NCBI GenBank assembly: GCA_964625325.1
Contig: CAZVBA010000001.1
Coordinates: forward strand, 1-41,481
Direction of reading: 5' to 3'
Length of the DNA stretch: 41,481 nt
Source: an uncultured Candidatus Saccharibacteria bacterium
GTDB taxonomy: Bacteria > Patescibacteriota > Saccharimonadia > Saccharimonadales > CAYVSP01
The position numbers and the translations under genes are program-made. The notes beneath the pieces are model-generated. The model saw only the letters and a program-made list of their open reading frames with translations, made no database searches and was not told the DNA's origin. Shown here piece by piece: positions 8,737 through 15,942 of this stretch (the first letter of the stretch is position 1; the number at the start of each line of letters is the position of its first letter).

Positions 8737-9321
8737 ATGACAACCCCAAAAATAAACAGCAAGCTTTTATTGCTTATTATCGTCTTGGTCCTGGGGCTCG
8801 GCGGTCTAATGGTGGCGCGGCGACATAACAATGCGCAGCCAACCACCCCGGCGCCGACCCAAACCACCTCGGTGGGCACAGACCATAAAGACTATGTCGA
8901 CACAACCGACCTGAAGTACCCGCTGCCAAAGGGTTGGACGACGTTGAGCCAGGCTAAACTTAACGCCCAACAGGCCGTCAGCGGTATTACTAATTCGGCG
9001 ACCGGCGCCGAATTTAGCGTCGCCATTGAGCCCGGCGCGTCGTCGCCGGCCAGCCAGCCAGCTCTGAATAGCGACACGCTGGATGCCCTCAAAAGATTTC
9101 CGAACTTCACACTGGTAACGAATGATTCGCTAACCATTGGCGGCCAAGCCGCTCAACGGTTTGTCTACAAATTGGACGGCCAACCGCCAACCAAAAACGT
9201 TCTGATTGTCAGCTTGCACAACAAGCAGGCGTTCTCACTGTTATTCACCAGCAAGGAAACAGATTTTGACAGTTTGAGCGCCAATCTGTCGCAGATAATA
9301 GCTGGTTACAGTTTCAAATAG
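8737..9321 (+). CDS. Membrane-anchored extracytoplasmic protein, possible PsbP/DcrB-like domain, with Thr/Pro-rich linker
   Basis: 194 aa with an N-terminal TM (LLLLIIVLVLGLGGLMV), the linker AQPTTPAPTQTTSVGT, then a domain starting LKYPLPKGWTTL and containing LTIGGQAAQRFVYKLDG...LIVSLHNKQAFSLLFTS. Confidence 0.6.
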   Translation: MTTPKINSKLLLLIIVLVLGLGGLMVARRHNNAQPTTPAPTQTTSVGTDHKDYVDTTDLKYPLPKGWTTLSQAKLNAQQAVSGITNSATGAEFSVAIEPGASSPASQPALNSDTLDALKRFPNFTLVTNDSLTIGGQAAQRFVYKLDGQPPTKNVLIVSLHNKQAFSLLFTSKETDFDSLSANLSQIIAGYSFK

Positions 9322-9404
9322 CCGACAAGACGCTAATGATAACAACGATTTCCCATCTAGTACAAATTATCATAAAATAAGCTAATGACTGGAGGGAATG
9401 ACTT

Positions 9405-10355
9405 GTGAAATTAGTGGTGCAAATTCCCTGCCTGAATGAGGAAAAAACGCTGCCGCTGGTGTTGAAATCCATCCCCTCTAAGATAGCCGGCATCGATGAG
9501 ATTGAAATTCTGGTGATTGACGACGGCTCGATTGATAAGACCGTCGACGTCGCCAAAAAACTTGGTGTTAAACAGTTTGTCCGCCACGCTGGCAACATGG
9601 GGCTGGCCCGCAGTTTCCAAGACGGCGTCAACCGGGCCCTGGAACTAGGTGCCGACATCGTCGTCAACACCGACGGCGATAACCAATACCCCCAGAACAA
9701 AATCGGCGACCTGGTGCAGCCTATACTGCGCGGTGAAGCCGACATTGTCATTGCCGACCGCCAGACCAGCAAAATCGCTCATTTTTCACTCTTCAAAAAA
9801 CTGCTGCAACGCTTCGGCAGTTGGGTGGTCAATAAAGCTGCCGGTACCAAAGTACCCGATGCCGCCAGCGGCTTCCGGGCCTACTCGCGCAGCTCACTGA
9901 TGCGTCTGAACGTCGTCACCCGTTTCAGCTACTGTATGGAGACTATTATCCAGGCTGGTAATAAACGAATGTGTATTACCAGCGTAGCGGTTGTCACCAA
10001 CGCAAAAACCCGTGAGTCGCGACTGTTTCGCTCGACTTCCCACCACGTTTTCCAATCAGGCAGCGCCATTATCCGGGCCTATATTATGTATAAGCCGTAC
10101 GTTGTCTTTATGACACTCAGCGCCAGCTTTTTTGCTCTTGGTATCGTGCCGTTTGTACGCTACCTCTATTTCTTTCTAAAAGGCACGCATGGAAGCCATC
10201 TGCAATCCCTAATTGTGGGTGTCGTCTTATTGTTCGTGTCGTTCCTATCTCTAACGCTCGGTATACTAGCTGACTTGACCCGTATCAACCGGACGTTGGC
10301 CGAAGACGCCCTGGAACACGCCAAAGAAAACCGCTTTAAAAACAAGTCGCTGTAA
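9405..10355 (+). CDS. GT2 glycosyltransferase with two C-terminal TM helices (polyprenol-phosphate sugar synthase type, GtrB/ArnC/DPM1-like)
   Basis: 316 aa with IPCLNEE, VIDDGSIDKT and a DxD-type NTDGDNQYP. The C-terminal hydrophobic helices are VVFMTLSASFFALGIVPFV and LIVGVVLLFVSFLSLTLGILA. GTG start with GGAGG 9 nt upstream. Confidence 0.8.
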   Translation: MKLVVQIPCLNEEKTLPLVLKSIPSKIAGIDEIEILVIDDGSIDKTVDVAKKLGVKQFVRHAGNMGLARSFQDGVNRALELGADIVVNTDGDNQYPQNKIGDLVQPILRGEADIVIADRQTSKIAHFSLFKKLLQRFGSWVVNKAAGTKVPDAASGFRAYSRSSLMRLNVVTRFSYCMETIIQAGNKRMCITSVAVVTNAKTRESRLFRSTSHHVFQSGSAIIRAYIMYKPYVVFMTLSASFFALGIVPFVRYLYFFLKGTHGSHLQSLIVGVVLLFVSFLSLTLGILADLTRINRTLAEDALEHAKENRFKNKSL

Positions 10356-10357
10356 TA

Positions 10358-11617
10358 ATGGCCGAGCGCCGCCAACCAAAAAGAATCTTAATTACTAGTT
10401 CGACCTTCCCGGCCTCGACAACTGATCCGGTACCCGGGTTTGTTAAAGATGAAGCCATTTGGTTGAAAAAGACCTATCCGCATTTAACTATCGATGTGTT
10501 GGCGCCGCACAATGCCTACAGCCACACCAAGTCACTTGTGCGGCGACCGCTTTACGATGAGCACCGCTTCCATTATTTTTGGCCGTTTGGCTTGGAAAAG
10601 CTGGCTGGCCGCGGCATCCAGCCCGCCCTTAAAAACAATAAACTGCTCTATATTGAACTACCGTTTCTGTTTTTCGCCGAGTTTTGGGCGACCTGGCGAT
10701 TAGTGCGCCGGCTTAAACCGGACCTTATCTATGCCCATTGGTTCACACCGCAGGCGATTACCGGTGCTATGGTATCGAAGTTGACTGGCGTGCCGCTGGT
10801 TTTTGACAGCCAGGCATCAGACGTAATAGTCCTCAAAAAGCTGCCACTGGCGCGCCATATGGTGGCCGCCGTTTGCCGGCGGGCCCGGGCCTATACCGTA
10901 CCGTCCCAGCAGACGGCCGACAAATTACTATACTTTGCAACCGCCCGGAATAAAGTCTCGATGACTAAGAAGCTGCACATGATACCGATGGGTACGGCCT
11001 ACCAGCCGCCTCAGGCTGGCAGCCGGCAAGCCTTGCGCCAACAGTACAAACTGGCGGGTAAAAAGACGATTTTATTTATTGGCCGCTTGGTTGATCGCAA
11101 GGGCATCGACATATTGATCCAGGCTTTTGCCAAACTAGCTAAGCAAGATGCGGCCTTGCGACTAGTGATTGCCGGCGACGGCCAGGCCAAGGCTGACTTA
11201 CAAGCCCTGGTTAGCAAGCTGGGCCTGAGTAAAAGCGTCGTTTTTACCGGCTTCATGTCCGGCCAACGCAAATACGCCCTGCTGTCTTTGGTTGATATCG
11301 TCGCCCTGCCCTCAATTAATATCGGCGACTATGCCGAGGGGCTGCCGATTGTTTTTATGGAGGCATTGTCTCACGGCAAAGTCACCGTCATCAGCGACGC
11401 CACCGGTGCCCACGAAGTGGTGCAGCCCGGCCACAATGCTTTTGTGGCGCGAGCCGGCTCGGTAGCCGACCTGAGTGCCAAATTGCGGCTGGCTTTGCAG
11501 GTAATTGAAATGCAGGATAAAAAATTTCTGGCCGCCGTCAAAGTTCTGGCTCGGACCTTTGCCTGGCCCAACATTATCCGCCAGCGTTATGACGCACTGA
11601 TAGACCGGTTCTTATAA
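10358..11617 (+). CDS. Glycosyltransferase, GT4 family
   Basis: 419 aa with KTILFIGRLVDRKGID and EGLPIVFMEALSHGKVTV (E-x7-E region). The ATG lies 2 nt after the upstream stop. Confidence 0.85.
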   Translation: MAERRQPKRILITSSTFPASTTDPVPGFVKDEAIWLKKTYPHLTIDVLAPHNAYSHTKSLVRRPLYDEHRFHYFWPFGLEKLAGRGIQPALKNNKLLYIELPFLFFAEFWATWRLVRRLKPDLIYAHWFTPQAITGAMVSKLTGVPLVFDSQASDVIVLKKLPLARHMVAAVCRRARAYTVPSQQTADKLLYFATARNKVSMTKKLHMIPMGTAYQPPQAGSRQALRQQYKLAGKKTILFIGRLVDRKGIDILIQAFAKLAKQDAALRLVIAGDGQAKADLQALVSKLGLSKSVVFTGFMSGQRKYALLSLVDIVALPSINIGDYAEGLPIVFMEALSHGKVTVISDATGAHEVVQPGHNAFVARAGSVADLSAKLRLALQVIEMQDKKFLAAVKVLARTFAWPNIIRQRYDALIDRFL

Positions 11618-12558
11618 TAACCGTGGCTTTTTAGAATCAGGTAGCCGCCCAGCAGCACCACGAATGTAGCTGCCCGGTCAATCACGGCAATTGCCAAAAT
11701 TTGGCTGGTATTTAGACTGATTAGTCGGCTGGTGAAGATAAACATGGCTTCGCGCACGCCAATCGCGCCTGGCGTCACGCTCACCAACAGCGACAGCGCC
11801 GAGATAGTAACGTAGAGCGACAGCGAAGCAATTGAGGCGTTGACGTGAACGGCCCGAAATTCAATGTAGGTTATGGCGTAGAGGATTAGAAAGCCGTAGA
11901 CCGTAACCCGATTGAGCCGGGCTATCAGCTTTTTGTCCCGCTTGATGGCCTGCCAACCGTGGACCGAGTTATTGATGTAGGTCGTCAACCGGCCCAAGAA
12001 CGAGGCTCTTTTGGCCAGATCGGCAATTCTATCAATGTTTTTTACCTCAGCCAGGACTAACGAAGCGGTCAACCAGCCGGCAAAGGTAATGTACATAATC
12101 CAGGAGGCCAGATGCAGCTGGGCCTGGATAACAACTAGTGCCAGCAGACCGATGGCGGCGTTGACTATGAAAGTAATAAAGTAAAAGCCGGATAGGGTTG
12201 CCGCAAAGTCGGTGTAGGACAGCCGGTGCTTTTTCTTAAGATAAATGGCCCGGACGCCGGCGCCGCCCAAAAAAGGGCCGAAAAAATTGCCGATGGCCGT
12301 CAGTAGCGCCACATAGAAACTTTCGCGGTCGCCGATATGTTTATCATAAAAATCGAGAGAGTATTTAATGAACAGGCCGTTGTTATAGATTTTGACGACA
12401 TTTAAAGCAACTAGCGCCAGAACGAATAACAGCGGAATGTCCAGCAGCTGTTTGAATGAATGGTAATTGGCAACTAGATACCAACCAAAAATTATTAAGA
12501 CGGCAAAACTAATAAGTCCGGTTAGCTTGGCGGCAATACGTCTGGTGGGCAGATTCAC
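11587..12558 (-). CDS. Polytopic membrane protein, lysyl-PG-synthase TM-region / flippase-like family
   Basis: 323 aa with ~8 hydrophobic helices and the C-terminal-half motif VTPGAIGVREAMF, characteristic of the LPG_synthase_TM (UPF0104) family. GTG start. The 3' end overlaps the convergent GT4 gene by 31 nt. Confidence 0.65.
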   Translation of the reverse strand: MNLPTRRIAAKLTGLISFAVLIIFGWYLVANYHSFKQLLDIPLLFVLALVALNVVKIYNNGLFIKYSLDFYDKHIGDRESFYVALLTAIGNFFGPFLGGAGVRAIYLKKKHRLSYTDFAATLSGFYFITFIVNAAIGLLALVVIQAQLHLASWIMYITFAGWLTASLVLAEVKNIDRIADLAKRASFLGRLTTYINNSVHGWQAIKRDKKLIARLNRVTVYGFLILYAITYIEFRAVHVNASIASLSLYVTISALSLLVSVTPGAIGVREAMFIFTSRLISLNTSQILAIAVIDRAATFVVLLGGYLILKSHGYYKNRSISAS

Positions 12559-12565
12559 TAGGCCA

Positions 12566-12574
12566 ATGGTAGCA
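12566..12574 (-). promoter_or_regulatory. Putative extended -10 promoter, leaderless head of the flippase-like gene
   Basis: The minus strand reads TGCTACCAT, then 7 nt, then the GTG at 12558. The identical 9-mer occurs at 34585..34593. Confidence 0.4.
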
Positions 12575-12601
12575 GTAAAAGTTTTTTGACAAAAGGCGGC
12601 T

Positions 12602-12610
12602 TGCTATACT
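12602..12610 (+). promoter_or_regulatory. Putative extended -10 promoter, leaderless head of the methyltransferase gene
   Basis: TGCTATACT, then 8 nt, then the ATG at 12619. Confidence 0.4.
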
Positions 12611-12618
12611 TAGCGGAT

Positions 12619-13146
12619 ATGATCAAGCGAGTAATGCGGCCGTTGCTACACACCCTGACTGATATACGCCGTTATCAATACCGCCAGGCCGCCAGGTTTG
12701 CCAAAGGTAAAAAGAACCAGGCAATTCTGGAGCTGGGTAGCGGCAAAGCGGTTCGCGGCAAATATTATTACTCGACCAAGCACTTGTTTGACGCCAGCAA
12801 TGACTTTCAGCAAACCGATATCGATAAAAGCTTCGGCCACCCCATCGTTGACGCCACGACTATGAATTATAAAAATCAGTTTGATATTATTATGTGCCTC
12901 AATGTTCTGGAGCACGTTTACGAGTTTCAGAAGGCCGTCAATAATATTCACGCCGCCCTAAAGCCGGGCGGCACGGCCGTCATAGCGGTACCGGTTTTTT
13001 ATCCTTTACACGACGAGCCCGGCGACTACTGGCGCTTTACTGAACACTCACTAAAAAAACTATTGGCCGATTTTAAACGGATCGAGCTGAGGCACAACGG
13101 CAAGCGCGAATTTCCCTTTAGCTATTACGTCGAAGCGACCAAGTAA
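12619..13146 (+). CDS. Class I SAM-dependent methyltransferase
   Basis: Motif I ILELGSGKA, then CLNVLEHV and LKPGGTAVIAVP (Methyltransf_11-like). The ORF track starts at TTG 12586, which leaves only 27 nt to the divergent gene. ATG 12619 sits 8 nt after an extended -10, so I prefer it. Confidence 0.75.
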   Translation: MIKRVMRPLLHTLTDIRRYQYRQAARFAKGKKNQAILELGSGKAVRGKYYYSTKHLFDASNDFQQTDIDKSFGHPIVDATTMNYKNQFDIIMCLNVLEHVYEFQKAVNNIHAALKPGGTAVIAVPVFYPLHDEPGDYWRFTEHSLKKLLADFKRIELRHNGKREFPFSYYVEATK

Positions 13147-13147
13147 G

Positions 13148-15238
13148 CTAGAGAGTATGGACGCTGCCGTCGGCTTCAATAATACCTAGTTCGATGGCGT
13201 TGGTTTTGGTTATTGCTTGGCTGGGCGGCGTCAGCAAGGTGCGCTCCAGCTGTTGGTAGCTATAATTAGCAACTTCGGTTAGGCTACCCGGCCGGTAATC
13301 AGCGGCAATATGTGAAGCGTGTTCGCCGTAGACACCAATAACCGGTGTTTTGCCGAGCCGCCTTAAGTGCTGAGACAGTCTAGCCAGTTGGATGCGAGAG
13401 GCTCGGGCTGGGTAGGTATATTGCAGGCCGGCGGCCGGTACATGGCAAAACTCGATGGTTGGCTGGACCAGCTCGTACTGGGCTTGGGCCGTCCAGACCA
13501 CGGCCGCGTTGGCTGGCAGGGCTTGGCAAATGTCCCGGATAGCTGCTAGGCGCGTATCGGTCCGGGTTCTAATAAACGGTCGGCTGGTCTGCAGGGGGGC
13601 CAACAACAGGAAGGCGATCCCCAACCCAACGAAGACTGGTTTAAATTTGAGTCTTGGTAGGCGGTCTTCGATTTCCGATAAAATAAAGACGCCAAATACC
13701 ACCAAGCCTGGTAAAACCACCGGCAAAAACCGGCGCGAGGCCCAAACCTGGTCGGGCACGATACTTGGCTTTAGTAAGTACAAGAAAGCTGTCGTCGCCA
13801 CTACCAAAAAGCCCGCGGCATAGGCGCCATTGCGCCGGTTGTTGGCGCTCAAGCGCCAGCCGGCCAGCGCCAATCCAAACACTCCCAGAGCCGCAATGGC
13901 CGGTCCAATATACCAATTAACCCATTGCGTCGAAATTTCAGCATAGTCGCGCGGTTGCACCGGATAACCGGTGGCGGTTTGAATGCCAGCCACAAAATCG
14001 TTTTGAATCTTCGTATAAGACGTCATCCAGAGCGGTCGGCTCACCAGTAGCAGGGCCACCGCCAATATACCAATCGCCAAGACTTCCTTTTGCCAGAGCC
14101 AGGTCAGTTTATTAAGTAGGCGTTTACCACGCTTGTGACGGCTTAAATACAGCGTGGCCACGCCGGCCAACATCGCAAATATGACCAGGCCGACCTCAAC
14201 TTTCAGCAATTGTCGTTCCAACACAAAATATGGCGTAGACAGGCGAGTTAAGTCCAACCAGCCCAAACCGGCCGTGGCCAGTAGCCCGATCATGAACCAG
14301 CCGGCCTCCAGCCGGGCGTGCGGCCGCTCGGCGACCGGACGGGAAATTAGATAGAACGTGATAAAAGCTATCAGGGCGGCGATGACCGTCAAGGCATCGA
14401 TGCGCGTCAGTAAGCCGGCACCGCTCAGCAAGCCGGCTATAAACCAGAGCCGGAGGCGGTGGCTACTTTGGGCCAGCCAAATTAGTGACAGAGCGCCAAA
14501 GGTCAGCGCCATGGCCAAAGGCTCTGTGTAGATATCGCGCGAGAAGAAAATCAGCGGCAGTGAAACGCTCATCAGGAGTGTGGCCGTAAAGGCCCATTTG
14601 GGCCGCACCAGCAACCTGGCAAAGCCATACAGCGCCAACAGCGCTAGGCCGCCCAGCAACGGCGCCAGATGGAACATTCGGGTCTCGCCGACAACGCGGC
14701 CGGCCAACCCCAGCAAAACCGGTAGCAAATGAAGGCCCTGGGCATACAAACGGCCCGATTGCTGCGGTACGGTTTCAAAGCCCGGACTGGCGCTGTTGAC
14801 AGACCTCAGGTTCTGGAATTCCGGCGGCGCCGCTATTTTAAGGTTGGCATTATGAATAAGGTGAACGGCCGTTACGCTGTAGGTGGCTGGATCACGATCC
14901 GTGAACACGTGTTGCGAGGTATAGCGCATGTTGCCGGCTACCCAAACCACCACTAGCAACAGGATGAGCACATCGAAGCGGCGTCTCTCTTGTCTGGTGC
15001 CGGGCCGCTCGCCGTGGCCGTACTTAAAAATCTGCCAGGCAACTATGGCTGCAGTCAGCAAGCCGAGCGGCCAAACCAGCCAGTTGTGCAGCTGACCCAA
15101 TAACAACAGGAGAATAGCCACGCTACCAAAAGCACCGACCATGGCTGGCAACGCTACCGGAGCGCTTTCGACACCGGCAAACAGGCTCCTTCGCCATGAG
15201 CTCGTCAGAACATCTAACACCGGCCAACGTTGCTTCAT
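13148..15238 (-). CDS. Large polytopic membrane glycosyltransferase, GT-C fold (ArnT/PMT_2-like)
   Basis: 696 aa with more than 12 hydrophobic segments, the acidic loop motif FTDRDPATYSV after the early TMs, and a soluble ~130-aa C-terminal domain. This layout is typical of lipid-linked-sugar-dependent GT-C enzymes. The family assignment is not verified. Confidence 0.6.
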   Translation of the reverse strand: MKQRWPVLDVLTSSWRRSLFAGVESAPVALPAMVGAFGSVAILLLLLGQLHNWLVWPLGLLTAAIVAWQIFKYGHGERPGTRQERRRFDVLILLLVVVWVAGNMRYTSQHVFTDRDPATYSVTAVHLIHNANLKIAAPPEFQNLRSVNSASPGFETVPQQSGRLYAQGLHLLPVLLGLAGRVVGETRMFHLAPLLGGLALLALYGFARLLVRPKWAFTATLLMSVSLPLIFFSRDIYTEPLAMALTFGALSLIWLAQSSHRLRLWFIAGLLSGAGLLTRIDALTVIAALIAFITFYLISRPVAERPHARLEAGWFMIGLLATAGLGWLDLTRLSTPYFVLERQLLKVEVGLVIFAMLAGVATLYLSRHKRGKRLLNKLTWLWQKEVLAIGILAVALLLVSRPLWMTSYTKIQNDFVAGIQTATGYPVQPRDYAEISTQWVNWYIGPAIAALGVFGLALAGWRLSANNRRNGAYAAGFLVVATTAFLYLLKPSIVPDQVWASRRFLPVVLPGLVVFGVFILSEIEDRLPRLKFKPVFVGLGIAFLLLAPLQTSRPFIRTRTDTRLAAIRDICQALPANAAVVWTAQAQYELVQPTIEFCHVPAAGLQYTYPARASRIQLARLSQHLRRLGKTPVIGVYGEHASHIAADYRPGSLTEVANYSYQQLERTLLTPPSQAITKTNAIELGIIEADGSVHTL

Positions 15239-15249
15239 CAGTTACTTGT

Positions 15250-15258
15250 ATTCTAACA
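15250..15258 (-). promoter_or_regulatory. Putative extended -10 promoter for the 696-aa GT-C gene
   Basis: The minus strand reads TGTTAGAAT, then 11 nt, then the ATG at 15238, with no SD. Confidence 0.35.
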
Positions 15259-15295
15259 AACAACACCTAGAGTGTCGCCTAAGCATTAGAGTCGC

Positions 15296-15324
15296 TTGAG
15301 ATTTTCGCTAAGACGGCCTATAAT
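15296..15324 (+). promoter_or_regulatory. Near-consensus sigma70 promoter (distal)
   Basis: TTGAGA (15296-15301), a 17-nt spacer, then TATAAT (15319-15324). An ATG lies 9 nt downstream (15334) and opens a 27-codon ORF. Confidence 0.5.
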
Positions 15325-15348
15325 TTCAGCCCCATGATAGAAGCTTTA

Positions 15349-15377
15349 TTGCAATATAACAGATATCATGCTAATAT
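15349..15377 (+). promoter_or_regulatory. Near-consensus sigma70 promoter (proximal) for 15404..17811 operon
   Basis: TTGCAA (15349-15354), a 17-nt spacer, then TAATAT (15372-15377), 26 nt before the ATG at 15404. Confidence 0.5.
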
Positions 15378-15403
15378 ATTGACAGTTAAATTGAAGATAA
15401 AAA

Positions 15404-15940
15404 ATGCCCAAGCGTAAAAAGACTAGACTCAATAAAAAAGGACTGCTGGTTGCCGCAGCAGTTGTTTTGCTGCTGGGTCTAGGCCTGTACGTCGTGAAGG
15501 CCCGCCCGTTTTCTAAAAAAACACCTACGGCAACCAATCCGGTCAACTACGGCCCTGCGACAGCCCAGGAAAAAAGCGAAACCGAACAGCATAAGAAGGA
15601 CTTAGCCGAAAACCAACCATCATCTACCAGCACAACCGCCGGCAAAACCAACGTTAAGCCGGTTATCACTTATGCTGATCAATATGGGCAAAATGTCGAA
15701 GTTGGCTCCTATGTCGCAGGTATTTTCGAAAACGGCGGCACCTGCCAGCTAACGCTGACCAAAGGTTCGATGAACGTGGAACGTTCAGCTACCGGTGTCA
15801 GTAGTGCGACAACGACTAACTGTCCGACTTTTAGCGTTAAGGTTAGTGACCTAACTCCGGGCGACTGGACCGCAAAAGTTACCTACAGCTCCCAGGCAGC
15901 CGAAGGAACCTCCGATACTAAAGTAATTAGCGTGCACTAA
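15404..15940 (+). CDS. Membrane-anchored protein with S/T/P-rich linker and small two-Cys beta-sandwich-like domain
   Basis: 178 aa with a basic N-terminus and a TM (LLVAAAVVLLLGLGLYVV), a linker containing TPTATNP and NQPSSTSTTAGKTN, and a C-terminal ~95 aa with 2 Cys. Its stop lies 2 nt before the next ATG. Confidence 0.6.
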   Translation: MPKRKKTRLNKKGLLVAAAVVLLLGLGLYVVKARPFSKKTPTATNPVNYGPATAQEKSETEQHKKDLAENQPSSTSTTAGKTNVKPVITYADQYGQNVEVGSYVAGIFENGGTCQLTLTKGSMNVERSATGVSSATTTNCPTFSVKVSDLTPGDWTAKVTYSSQAAEGTSDTKVISVH

Positions 15941-15942
15941 TT

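Noticed and set aside
9314-9772. 152-aa minus-strand ORF overlapping the 5' half of the GT2 gene
   Set aside because: It is antisense to a CDS with clear GT2 motifs. The sequence is low complexity (S/P/R/W-rich) and has no start-site signals.
12586-12591. Perfect TTGACA hexamer as the -35 for the methyltransferase promoter
   Set aside because: The spacer to TATACT (12605-12610) is only 13 nt, too short for a sigma70 -35/-10 pair. The TGn extension is the better explanation.
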